From a virus (Duplodnaviria; Caudoviricetes), in the IMG/VR virus record IMGVR_UViG_3300036987_000130, positions 1 to 53,780 of that record: a DNA stretch of 53,780 nt; one strand, given 5' to 3'. The position numbers and the translations under genes are program-made. Shown here in pieces: positions 36,511-44,900 of this stretch. The notes under the pieces were generated by a model. The model searched no databases. It saw only the letters and a program-made list of their open reading frames with translations, and was not told the origin of the DNA. The stretch's first letter is position 1, and each line of letters starts with the position of its first letter.

Positions 36511-37911
36511 TTATCCGAACTGGTTGAATTCATCCAAACCGGCCGGCGGATCACTTTCCTCTGCCTTGACTTCAACCGCGATCTGTTGTTCAACCAGCTT
36601 CTCCATTTTCGTGTGAAGCCTCGAACAGTTTTCGATTGAATCAGGCCCGATTGCGAGCTCAATCCTGGCTTGTGAATACAGGGTGGGGAACTCGTTCTTG
36701 AACTCCATCAAATCTTTGTACTGCCGGGTATAAGACAGGGGGACCGCCTGTTCCGCCGGGGCCTCGACCGCCGGGCTTGCCACGGCCTGCTCCTGCGGTC
36801 TCTGGGCAGTGCCGTTACCTGCCCCATTCAGTCCGCTTATGGGAGTCATCCACTTATAACCAGTGTAGAGCTTGGCCCATTTCTCCTTCGCCTCATTGAG
36901 CAGCTCCGCCGGGCAATTCTCAAAAAGCTCTTTATTCGCCAGGACAAAACCGGCAAACCCGGACGTTTTCAAATTGATATACCGCCCCCGGAAATCCGCC
37001 CAGACAGCGGAATCCGACGGCCGCCCCTCAGCCTCTTTTTCAACCTGGGGCGCATCGACCTCAATCGGCTGTTCTTTGGGAAGAGAGCTTTCCGCCTGCT
37101 TCACTTTCCACGCCTCAAACGCTGCCGAAAAACCAGCCCAATTATCCATGGCCCGGCCCTCAATGATATAGTCGGCAACCCCGTGAACCTCCGCCGTTGC
37201 CTTAACAAAAACACTCAGCTTGACAAGATCATCGCCCTGGTAATTCTCGCTGGCGGTCATATGAAAAACCGAACCGCCGGTCTTAGCTTCCTCGGCTTCC
37301 TGAGCGGCGACGTCCGGAGCGACCTGATACCGGGACACCCCGTCAACATCGCTCAGTTCTTCCATGTCAATAGCATCCACGTTTTCCTCATGGGTCCTGA
37401 TCCCCTTCAAAATATCAGTAAAATGATCCCGCATTACGAAGTTACGGGCCTTGAACTGCATCATGCGATTCGTCCACTTCTTCCACGAACTTGCCGAGTC
37501 AGCCTTATCAAGCCCCGCCTCACACGCTTCCGCCCACGAATAGGACCCGATCGCCTCTTTTTCCCCCCGCCGCTTGATTTTGCAGTAAAATGTCCAGCCG
37601 GGGGTTTTCCTCTCCCCCTCGCTCCATTCTTCAAAATACTCGAGTTCGCCGCTTCCACGAACAACCGCAAGGGCGACATCCCCAAACAGGCCGGGGCGGT
37701 TGTGGATCACCGCAATGTTCTGGACCGCCGCCATAGGGGACAGGCCGATCTCAAGGCCCATCTGCATCGCCACAAAGACCGCTTCCTTGGTCTGGATGCC
37801 CTTCGGCATCAATCCAGACCTCGCCATAATCCCTGCCAACTCCATCGCCCCCGCAATGCTCTGGGGAATGAATGCAACGTTTTTGTTCTGTACAGCCGGT
37901 AAATTTTCCAT
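36511..37911 (-). CDS. RecT-like single-strand annealing protein with a long C-terminal extension
   Basis: SGLMPK...VAMQMGLEIGLSPMAAVQNIAVI.NRP...A..AGL...W.K...RM...AR...RD.F.D.L.G..EE. Confidence 0.85.
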   Translation of the reverse strand: MENLPAVQNKNVAFIPQSIAGAMELAGIMARSGLMPKGIQTKEAVFVAMQMGLEIGLSPMAAVQNIAVIHNRPGLFGDVALAVVRGSGELEYFEEWSEGERKTPGWTFYCKIKRRGEKEAIGSYSWAEACEAGLDKADSASSWKKWTNRMMQFKARNFVMRDHFTDILKGIRTHEENVDAIDMEELSDVDGVSRYQVAPDVAAQEAEEAKTGGSVFHMTASENYQGDDLVKLSVFVKATAEVHGVADYIIEGRAMDNWAGFSAAFEAWKVKQAESSLPKEQPIEVDAPQVEKEAEGRPSDSAVWADFRGRYINLKTSGFAGFVLANKELFENCPAELLNEAKEKWAKLYTGYKWMTPISGLNGAGNGTAQRPQEQAVASPAVEAPAEQAVPLSYTRQYKDLMEFKNEFPTLYSQARIELAIGPDSIENCSRLHTKMEKLVEQQIAVEVKAEESDPPAGLDEFNQFG

Positions 37912-37947
37912 TTTTTTTTAGCTCCTTTTATGATCTTGGTTTTTGGT

Positions 37948-38178
37948 TTAAAGCTCTGAAAACTCTTTCGCCAATGCATCCAGCTTTTTCCGGCAATCAT
38001 CCTGCACCAATGTTTTTATAACAGCCATCAGTTCACTACTCACATTGATCCGGCCGGACGCGCCATTTTCCCTTTGATATCCGACATGGCTGCAATAGTT
38101 GGAACAGTCTTCAAACCGCTTTGCTTCGGCTATCTTCGCCCGTAACGCGATTGCCCTGTCGAGTTTTTCATTTTCCAT
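37948..38178 (-). CDS. Hypothetical protein
   Basis: AAGGAG RBS before MENEKL. Confidence 0.65.
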   Translation of the reverse strand: MENEKLDRAIALRAKIAEAKRFEDCSNYCSHVGYQRENGASGRINVSSELMAVIKTLVQDDCRKKLDALAKEFSEL

Positions 38179-38192
38179 TTTTTTTGCTCCTT

Positions 38193-38909
38193 TCAAGACC
38201 TGATAACCGCCGTTTCCAGTTCAAAGATTCGAAGTCCAGGGATAGCCCTGATTCCTGCGCTGACAGCCTTGTTTACGGCCACTTCATCGACAACCATGTA
38301 CTTCCGGGGAATATCCATTTCTTCCGTGATTTCCCACTTCCAGTCCTTCCGCAAATGGACCGCCGCACCCGTTTCCGACCTGAACACCTTCTGGGTAGGG
38401 ATGACCGCAGGGGCAACAACCGGGGCAACGAACTGGCCCTTGGCCGCCCGTTCATCAAATTCAGCCTGGACTTTCCGGGCCTCGTCATCCGCCCGGCGCT
38501 GGTCCTCGGCCTGTTTCATTCTGACTTGAAGGAGATATCCGGTCATGTCCCTTTTCAGCTTGGCTTCAATTTCAGCCAGCGCCACACTGAACACCTTCAC
38601 GAAAGTATTGACCGTCTTGGTGAATTCATACGGCTCGGAGATAACCTCTTTCCGCTTTTTTTCGATGACCCCAGCCATTTTCTTTGCTTGACCGGCCATC
38701 GTGATCGCCAGATTATTCGTTTCTTCATCGACAACCACCAAGTCGTGTGCAGCTTTTTTCATCCGGTCGATTTCCGGGAGATACATCCGCCGGAGGATGC
38801 GACACGCTTTGTCCGGGTCGTTCGCCTTCACGACTTCGACCTGGGGCTGGACTTCGACCGCCGGGCCATTGACTACCGCCATAAAATCAAATGCTGGTTC
38901 TAAGCTCAT
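38193..38909 (-). CDS. Coiled-coil recombination-associated protein
   Basis: IEKKRK....P...VN..., W.WEI.....IPR.Y..VDE..V...V..G...IPG..I; lies between the nuclease and RecT. Confidence 0.7.
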   Translation of the reverse strand: MSLEPAFDFMAVVNGPAVEVQPQVEVVKANDPDKACRILRRMYLPEIDRMKKAAHDLVVVDEETNNLAITMAGQAKKMAGVIEKKRKEVISEPYEFTKTVNTFVKVFSVALAEIEAKLKRDMTGYLLQVRMKQAEDQRRADDEARKVQAEFDERAAKGQFVAPVVAPAVIPTQKVFRSETGAAVHLRKDWKWEITEEMDIPRKYMVVDEVAVNKAVSAGIRAIPGLRIFELETAVIRS

Positions 38910-38921
38910 CTTTGTTTTCCT

Positions 38922-39461
38922 CTATTTTCCAGTTTTAAAATACTTGTAAGCACCGAGCGCATTCATGAAAGCCGCCCACGGCTCGCCATCGACATCAACC
39001 TCTGTCACCATCGGGGTTCCGCCATTTCTCCTTAAACGAACGGCAAGCCCTCGGTGAACGTCATAACCAGAAACCCTTGCCAGATGAGCATACGCCGCTA
39101 TCTGGGGGAACCATGACCGCGAAAGGCTCATGGGGGTTTTGTAATCAATAACTGTCAGCCTCTTTTCCCCGGCCAGCCTGATAATTGCATCAGGGTGGCC
39201 CTTGTATCCAAGCCTCTCGTCTTTGAATTCTTCCTCCACCGACAGAAACGCCGGGGCTGCTACCTGTACCCACTTCAAAAAACTTTCATAAAAAGGCATG
39301 TCCCCTGACAATAGGGAACAAGACCAAAGCCCCAGGCCATAAGCAGAACATGCCGCGTGTACCCTGGTTCCCCTTTCTGCTGCCCGCCTCAATACCTCCG
39401 GCCGGATCGCTGAAAAATCGCTGAAAGGAGACAGGACTGTCGTCACGGAGGGCAGATTCAT
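38922..39461 (-). CDS. PD-(D/E)XK exonuclease (Cas4-like fold)
   Basis: PSVTTVL, ERGT.VH, E......LGYKG.PD, IDYKT, Q.AAY. Confidence 0.88.
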   Translation of the reverse strand: MNLPSVTTVLSPFSDFSAIRPEVLRRAAERGTRVHAACSAYGLGLWSCSLLSGDMPFYESFLKWVQVAAPAFLSVEEEFKDERLGYKGHPDAIIRLAGEKRLTVIDYKTPMSLSRSWFPQIAAYAHLARVSGYDVHRGLAVRLRRNGGTPMVTEVDVDGEPWAAFMNALGAYKYFKTGK

Positions 39462-39586
39462 TACATCGCCAGTCCGAGCACGACGCCGGCCACCAAGCAG
39501 ACCGCGATAAGGATTCCTTGCAGATACACAAGGAGCCATTTATCCCCTGCCTTCTCGTCTCTATCCCGGAAGTTGTAATCTATCAA
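39461..39586 (-). CDS. Possible 41-aa single-pass membrane peptide missed by the track
   Basis: TTG start overlaps the upstream TGA, and its TAA overlaps the next ATG; sequence ...KWLLVYLQGILIAVCLVAGVVLGLAM*. Confidence 0.5.
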   Translation of the reverse strand: MIDYNFRDRDEKAGDKWLLVYLQGILIAVCLVAGVVLGLAM

Positions 39587-39897
39587 AATAGCCCCTCCGC
39601 TTCACGCCTGCTTGACGCATAAGGGACCGGCTGTCCCTGAACAACCTTGACGTCAAAATCAATCGGAAGCTGATCCTCGTCATACTGAAACTTCGTTTCG
39701 GCCTTGATTTTCTCCTTGACGAAAGTCAGCGAAACCGTACAGTCAACCCCGCGAGCGCCGACCTTCCCGAACTTGGCGGCGATTGAAAGGCCAAGTTCAC
39801 CTGCCGTTTCGTATGCTCCGTCAATCGCGCTTTGGTTTTCCCTCAATAATCCTGCAATCGCGTCTGAAACCGCGACCATCGTTTTCGGTCCGATCAT
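39583..39897 (-). CDS. Hypothetical protein
   Basis: Coupled ORF in the early lytic operon. Confidence 0.65.
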   Translation of the reverse strand: MIGPKTMVAVSDAIAGLLRENQSAIDGAYETAGELGLSIAAKFGKVGARGVDCTVSLTFVKEKIKAETKFQYDEDQLPIDFDVKVVQGQPVPYASSRREAEGLF

Positions 39898-40106
39898 TTT
39901 TTTTCTTTCCCCCTATCTCTGTCAGCGATTCGTTTATTCATTCTTGCCATTAGCTCCTTCGGCGTTCCCGTCTTTGGCCTTTTCCCCTCGACAGGAATCA
40001 TCGCCCTTGTAACCTCGTCTAATTGACCGGTCAGCTCGCACATCTTTTGAATCAATATCTGGGACTGTCTAAGCAAGGAGACTATTTCAGGCGTCACTGT
40101 CTGAAC
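39894..40106 (-). CDS. Hypothetical protein downstream of cro
   Basis: ORF fills the gap; start uncertain. Confidence 0.45.
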   Translation of the reverse strand, partial: VQTVTPEIVSLLRQSQILIQKMCELTGQLDEVTRAMIPVEGKRPKTGTPKELMARMNKRIADRDRGKEKK

Positions 40107-40317
40107 CCTTTCTTTGTTTTTCAATGAAAGAAATAATGGTCGTCTGTATTTCTGCGACCTCTCCATCAAGCCACAGCGCTTCGCTTGTTTTGGTTATTGC
40201 CGCAAGCCGCTTGGCGGTTTTCCAGCCCGCCCGCTTCTTCCCACTTTTAATGAAAGACAGCATCGCCTCGCTTATCCCAGCGCTTTCTGCAAGTTGTGAT
40301 TGGTTTGTATTTTTCAT
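40087..40317 (-). CDS. Cro-like XRE HTH regulator
   Basis: NQSQLAESAGISEAMLSFIKSGKKR.G...A..LA; first gene of the lytic operon. Confidence 0.88.
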   Translation of the reverse strand: MKNTNQSQLAESAGISEAMLSFIKSGKKRAGWKTAKRLAAITKTSEALWLDGEVAEIQTTIISFIEKQRKGSDSDA

Positions 40318-40324
40318 GGGTTCG

Positions 40325-40400
40325 CACACTACTTTACCAGCGTTAAGAATGTCAACGAAAAATTAACCATTATTAACAAAAGTTAATTCTGGTAAATTTC
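40325..40400 (-). promoter_or_regulatory. Lytic promoter and operator array of the genetic switch
   Basis: TTGACA-18-TAGTGT; TT(A/T)AC-N4-GT(A/T)AA-like sites at 40333, 40363, 40373 and 40383. Confidence 0.75.
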
Positions 40401-40481
40401 CCTGTAAAAACAGAGGTATCAATATTATTTTAAAAAAAACATTTACACCCCATAGCTCGTGTGTTATTTGGGGGGGTAAAA

Positions 40482-40498
40482 CTTAACCATTGGTTAAG
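40482..40498. promoter_or_regulatory. Perfect inverted repeat upstream of the cI-like gene
   Basis: CTTAACCA-T-TGGTTAAG. Confidence 0.7.
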
Positions 40499-40537
40499 AA
40501 CCTACACGGCAATTAACCCAGAAACGGGGGGCTGCAA

Positions 40538-41074
40538 ATGGACGCAACTGAAAACACCAACTATGCTTATTTCATGGCCGCCTTCAATCATTTCATGGGG
40601 CAGCAACAGCGATGGAGCGGAGCGCAAAAGCGGCTCCACACTGACACAGGGCTATCGGAGGCCATGATTTCCCTTATCAGGAGTAAACGAAAAAGAGCGG
40701 GCCTGAAAAGTCAGTTCAAGATCGCTGAGGCATTGGGCTTCCCTCTCTCTGTATTCTTGGACCTGGGGAGGGCAATCTGTGAAACGGGGGTCGCGCCGGA
40801 CGTCAGGCCGAGTTTTTTTTCTCGCCGGGCTGTCGATCCTGCCAACCTGTATCGACTTCCGCCAACAGAAAAAAAACAGGGTATTTTTGTAGACGACAGG
40901 CTTGCAAAAATACAGTTAGGGGCGGCCAAAATCCTCAAATCAGGCGACGCTCGGTTAATCTCAATACTTGAATCAACTATATTTTTCTTGTTAAACCTCT
41001 CACTGCAAGCGAAAAGTCCTGTTGAAATGGCAGCGGAGGCAACTGCGGATTCTTATCTTGGTTATTGCAAATAA
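40538..41074 (+). CDS. CI-like XRE HTH repressor without an S24 peptidase domain
   Basis: QKRL..DTGLSEAMISLIRSKRKRAG.....IAEALG; divergent from cro and coupled to int. Confidence 0.8.
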   Translation: MDATENTNYAYFMAAFNHFMGQQQRWSGAQKRLHTDTGLSEAMISLIRSKRKRAGLKSQFKIAEALGFPLSVFLDLGRAICETGVAPDVRPSFFSRRAVDPANLYRLPPTEKKQGIFVDDRLAKIQLGAAKILKSGDARLISILESTIFFLLNLSLQAKSPVEMAAEATADSYLGYCK

Positions 41075-42249
41075 TGAGCGTCCACAGAAAAAAAGATGGA
41101 CGGTGGGTTGTAAAAATTTATGACGCCGACAAGGACAGCAAATACAGGTGGGAATACTACGGCAGAGGCCCAACAGCAGAAGCCAAAGCCAGGGAGCGGG
41201 ACCGGGAGCTCGACTTCAAACGGACCAAGCCTCGGTTAAAGGAAGAACAAGGCCCAAGTTTTTTCGAGCTTGCGGAAGACTATCTTGTTCAGCGCAATTT
41301 TAACGCGAACTCAGAGAAGCAATGCAAGATCCGGTTGGCCTCAATAATCGTCCCGACACTCGGCGACAAGACGGCCCTGCTGCTATCCCATGACGACCTC
41401 GACCGATATATCGCCACCCGCCGCAAGACAGTCAAAATGAGCACCATCCGCAGGGAGTTAACAGACATCAAGGCCATCCTGAACTGGGCCGCAAAACGCC
41501 GTCCGCCCCTCCTTCCCTTCAATCCGGTCAGGGACTTCCAATTGCCGCCGGCAGACGATGCCGTCATTCCCCCTCCGACTCAGCAAGAGGTCGGGGCGAT
41601 CCTGGCGCACGCAAACGAGCGGTTGGTCCGGGCGATAAAGCTCGCCTATTTCACGGGACTGCGCCCTGGAAAGGTTGAAATGCTGTCTCTTCGGTGGGAT
41701 TCAGTCCTTTGGGACACAGGCGTTATCCGGATCACCTCAGCGGACAAGGGCGGCCCTAAACTTCGGGAAGTTCCCATACATCCAGACTTTGAAAAAGAAC
41801 TTAAGGCTTGGAGGGATTCCGACAACAACCCGTATGGACCGATCATCCACCAAAACGGCCGCCCCGTGAAGTGCTTGCATGTGGCCTGGGCCTTTGCCAA
41901 AAAAAACGCGGGGATCCCCGCTCGCAGACGGCTCAGGCTGTATGACTTGCGCCACTGGTACGCAACCACCGCGATTGAGTCGGGCTGTGACTACAAGACA
42001 TTATCGGAAATAATGGGGTCGTCCCCTGAAACGCTAAGGAAGCATTATCAGCACGTTTCAAGCGCCGCCCGGATTTCCTTGGTCAATCGGATGCCGGACC
42101 TTCCGCCGGTTTCGGCCAAAATAGACGTTGCCAAACCGAAGGAGAAAAAGAAGCAGGGCAAGGGGAACAAGAAACCAGCGCAGAAAAGGAAACAGCGGCA
42201 ACTGTTGGCTACTGTTGGCTACTTTCATTCTTGGAGGCTTGATTTATAG
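41074..42249 (+). CDS. int: Tyrosine integrase
   Basis: TGLRPG..E...L.W, YDLRHWYAT, IMGSS......HYQH; adjacent to attP. Confidence 0.93.
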   Translation: MSVHRKKDGRWVVKIYDADKDSKYRWEYYGRGPTAEAKARERDRELDFKRTKPRLKEEQGPSFFELAEDYLVQRNFNANSEKQCKIRLASIIVPTLGDKTALLLSHDDLDRYIATRRKTVKMSTIRRELTDIKAILNWAAKRRPPLLPFNPVRDFQLPPADDAVIPPPTQQEVGAILAHANERLVRAIKLAYFTGLRPGKVEMLSLRWDSVLWDTGVIRITSADKGGPKLREVPIHPDFEKELKAWRDSDNNPYGPIIHQNGRPVKCLHVAWAFAKKNAGIPARRRLRLYDLRHWYATTAIESGCDYKTLSEIMGSSPETLRKHYQHVSSAARISLVNRMPDLPPVSAKIDVAKPKEKKKQGKGNKKPAQKRKQRQLLATVGYFHSWRLDL

Positions 42250-42280
42250 GCAGGAAAAACAGTGGGTTGTGGGCACTGAA

Positions 42281-42329
42281 TACCTTCACACGGTAGAAGC
42301 CGAAGGTTCAAATCCTTTACCGCCCACCA
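42281..42329 (+). other. attP core: 3' portion of tRNA-Val(CAC)
   Basis: TACC-TTCACAC-GGTA anticodon arm, GAAGG-TTCAAAT-CCTTT T-arm, ACCGCCC-A-CCA end; no 5' half present. Confidence 0.88.
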
Positions 42330-42336
42330 AATAAAT

Positions 42337-42642
42337 TCAGGGGGTTGCGGGTTTTTCCGCAGCCCCTTTTTTCTTCTCTTTGGCTACTTTCTCAGTTGCC
42401 AGCACGTTTTGGCCCTTGAACTTAACCTTTTTTTGCACTTGCGGAACCTCAATTTCATACTTCTCGACTATTGCCGCTGTGATAAGCCGCGCGACTGAAC
42501 CCCGTTGCGCCCGTAACCAATCAACCACATAACGAGGCAATCGCGTGTTGTAATGAACCCGCAAGAGTTTTGGGTTCAACCTCTTTTCGCTTTTTGACCC
42601 TGGGGGACGCCCTGCCCGGCGTGGGCTTTCAGTGTCTATCAT
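42337..42642 (-). CDS. AT-hook + ribbon-helix-helix-like protein, paralogue of 23859..24134
   Basis: RAGRPPG...LRVHYNTRLPRYVVDWLR....SVARLI.AAI. Confidence 0.65.
   Translation of the reverse strand: MIDTESPRRAGRPPGSKSEKRLNPKLLRVHYNTRLPRYVVDWLRAQRGSVARLITAAIVEKYEIEVPQVQKKVKFKGQNVLATEKVAKEKKKGAAEKPATP
42340..42375 (+). terminator. Intrinsic terminator after the tRNA fragment
   Basis: GGGGTTGCGG-GTTTTT-CCGCAGCCCC followed by TTTTTT. Confidence 0.8.
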
Positions 42643-42902
42643 AAAGACTCCAACAGACCAAGAAAAATTAAATCTTCCGGGTCCACAAATCTCTTGGTGA
42701 TGTCCCGCTTGCTCATCTGCATCAGAGACGCCCGGCCCATTTCCAACGCCACGTCAACCTGGCTTCCTGATAATTCTCTATCGGCCCCGAACATCGCAAT
42801 GGCCCGGTCCGCCCGGGCGATCACGTTTTCTTTCTGCCTGTCAGCAATATCTTTGATTTTCATAAACCCATGCCCCCCTCGTGTTCGAAAAATAATAGCC
42901 AT
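42639..42902 (-). CDS. Hypothetical protein
   Basis: ORF between the GATase and the RHH gene; the true start may be MKIKD at 42863. Confidence 0.55.
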   Translation of the reverse strand: MAIIFRTRGGHGFMKIKDIADRQKENVIARADRAIAMFGADRELSGSQVDVALEMGRASLMQMSKRDITKRFVDPEDLIFLGLLESL

Positions 42903-43431
42903 TTTTTTCAACCCAGGCCCCTGTCATCGTGACCTTTCCCTTGTCGTATAACAACATCCGGCTTCCAGCCGTCTCGGACGCAATCTTTTTCACGGACGCC
43001 GGGTCGCAGAGGCCCCCCATTTTCGACAACCTACTGGCAACGTACTCGGCCGTGTCAGACCGCCCGGCGCTTACCGGGATGGGAAGCGTCCCGTTGTGCA
43101 TGACAACCCGGCTTGATAACCCTTTAAGTTGCCACCATTTGCCACCATTTTCTGCCGTAAACGGATGACACAAAGACGGCTTGACCTCTCCCACGCTGGC
43201 CCATCGGAAGTGTATCGCGTAGCGATTGGTCCCCGTCAAATCTTCCGCTAAAATTGCCTTCATGAAGCTCGCCAGATCAAAGAACCCTTTGGAAAAAAAG
43301 ACGTCGCCGTCTTCCCGTTCAACCCAGTATCCCGCTCCATCCGGATTGCCCTGCCATAACGTGGCCAGAGTGCTGTAAGCAAGTTTTTTTCTTTTTCTCT
43401 TATTCGGTGCGTTGTAAATTATGATACACAT
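42841..43431 (-). CDS. Class II (Ntn) glutamine amidotransferase
   Basis: N-terminal Cys (MCII), NPDGAG, HFRWAS.G......CHPF, MHNG, SDT, FSN. Confidence 0.9.
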   Translation of the reverse strand: MCIIIYNAPNKRKRKKLAYSTLATLWQGNPDGAGYWVEREDGDVFFSKGFFDLASFMKAILAEDLTGTNRYAIHFRWASVGEVKPSLCHPFTAENGGKWWQLKGLSSRVVMHNGTLPIPVSAGRSDTAEYVASRLSKMGGLCDPASVKKIASETAGSRMLLYDKGKVTMTGAWVEKNGYYFSNTRGAWVYENQRYC

Positions 43432-43474
43432 TTTAGCCCCCTCGTTTTGATTGATTTCCAGATCAATTGGTTTG

Positions 43475-43515
43475 ACTATACGGGCCTTGGATTAACTTGT
43501 CAACACGTTTTATTC
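43475..43515 (-). promoter_or_regulatory. Sigma70-type promoter P4
   Basis: TTGACA (43503-43498), 17 nt, TATAGT (43480-43475). Confidence 0.85.
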
Positions 43516-43519
43516 GGCT

Positions 43520-43831
43520 CTATCTTTTGTCGCTCATTCTTTTTCTATGAGCCGCCCTGATGGAGATCCTGCCGCAATAAACGTCCCAGGACTCCTGTAT
43601 TTTTTTTCGCGTCAGCTCCCATGTGGCTTTTATTTTCTCCCCTTCATCGACCGGTACGGGGCTGCCGTCCCTCAGATATCTGAACCCGCCGGGGTCTATA
43701 TCATGACCTGGGGCTGCCAGTTCTTCCCGGACCCGCTTCCAGCCGACCTGGCAGGAAGTCAAAACATATCCTGTGTGGCTGATAAAAAAAATAACGAAAT
43801 CGTCATCCATTATGTCGTAGTCGTATTCCAT
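43520..43831 (-). CDS. Hypothetical protein
   Basis: GGGAG RBS before MEYDYD; TATAAT upstream. Confidence 0.6.
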   Translation of the reverse strand: MEYDYDIMDDDFVIFFISHTGYVLTSCQVGWKRVREELAAPGHDIDPGGFRYLRDGSPVPVDEGEKIKATWELTRKKIQESWDVYCGRISIRAAHRKRMSDKR

Positions 43832-44019
43832 TTCTCCCGTCCCCCCTATATTATAATAGCTTGATAGCATAATGTGGACGTCTTGCCAGCGTTGCTCGCT
43901 CAGTTCTCGGCCACGGCATCCTTGCCGTTCCGCCATCCGATACCATTGACCCCGCCCATTGCCTTCGCCCTTGCCCCTCCAAACGACAACGGCCCCGGAA
44001 AGCAAGGGGCCTCTCTTAA

Positions 44020-44066
44020 ACAAAAGACAAGGGAGGGGTTTCCCCTCTCCCCCCTATCTCTTTTTA
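44020..44066 (-). terminator. Hairpin after the amidoligase gene
   Basis: GAGAGGGG-AAA-CCCCTCCC hairpin followed by TTGTCTTTTG. Confidence 0.5.
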
Positions 44067-44852
44067 TGCCTCGACCGCCATGAGCCGGATTCTTTTGTAA
44101 TAATATTTGACCATCGCCTCGGCTTCGGGAGTTTTTTCGCCCTGAAAGGACAATCCAAGGTCCCATTTGAGGTCCAGCCATTTTTCGAAAGGTTTGTCGT
44201 TCTGGACTTTCTTGCAGCCAGACACTTTGTTCATGATAAGGGCGGTCAGAAGGATCCAGCTCTGAATCTTATCGGCCTCAATCGTTCCAGAATGATGTCT
44301 GAACTCGACCGTCGTGTGTCTCAGAAGGGACTGGAAATTCACTTTATAGTATCTCGACAGCGGGGTCTGTCTCTCGTCCAGGTCCAGCATTGACCGACAG
44401 TATTCGTTTGCGTTTCCCCGTCGGCTTGCTGGCATCATCGAGTCGATGACTTTCTCAGCTTTCTTGTAGTATCTGATCATCTTGGCGACTTTGTCCGGGC
44501 CAAAATGGGGGGCGTCATGGTGAACGTGCAGGCCGCAGGTCATATTGACTTTGCATCCCTTGTTTTTCAGAACATCACAAACGATCGCCAGCGCTTCAAG
44601 CCCTGCTTTTCCGACCAGTATCGGGCTTACTATTTCCATGCCCTGGAAGCGAATGTCTCTTGCTTTTACAGAGGCGTCCGTTACGATCTTCCACATTCTG
44701 CTGGGCAGATGATTGTATCCTTGAGCTTCGCACTCAATTCCAGCGTTCCGAATCGCTTCGGAAATATCTTCTCTGCCGACCGGGGCGATAAATTCAATCT
44801 CGATTCCGAACTGTCCAAGTTTGATTTCGTTTTTGCTTAATTTGATTTCCAT
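44064..44852 (-). CDS. Putative amidoligase (COOH-NH2 ligase type 2)
   Basis: FGIEIEF, W.IV.D.S, E.VSP.L, VN.TCGLHVH, RY.KVN, TVEFR.H.GT motifs. Confidence 0.9.
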   Translation of the reverse strand: MEIKLSKNEIKLGQFGIEIEFIAPVGREDISEAIRNAGIECEAQGYNHLPSRMWKIVTDASVKARDIRFQGMEIVSPILVGKAGLEALAIVCDVLKNKGCKVNMTCGLHVHHDAPHFGPDKVAKMIRYYKKAEKVIDSMMPASRRGNANEYCRSMLDLDERQTPLSRYYKVNFQSLLRHTTVEFRHHSGTIEADKIQSWILLTALIMNKVSGCKKVQNDKPFEKWLDLKWDLGLSFQGEKTPEAEAMVKYYYKRIRLMAVEA

Positions 44853-44900
44853 TTTGTATCTCCCCGTTTTCGTTGATGTTTTTCTGATCACTTGATTGGC

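Larger units (their letters stand above)
42205..42391. repeat. Candidate integrase arm-type sites flanking the att core
   Basis: TTGGCTACT at 42205 and 42215 (tandem) and at 42380; the last two share TTGGCTACTTTC. Confidence 0.65.

Noticed and set aside
38922-39461. Cas4/CRISPR adaptation gene
   Set aside because: No Fe-S cysteine set, and it sits beside RecT, which fits an ordinary recombination exonuclease.
42255-42329. Complete tRNA-Val gene
   Set aside because: No 5' acceptor strand or D-arm upstream; only the 3' part is present, as expected for attP.
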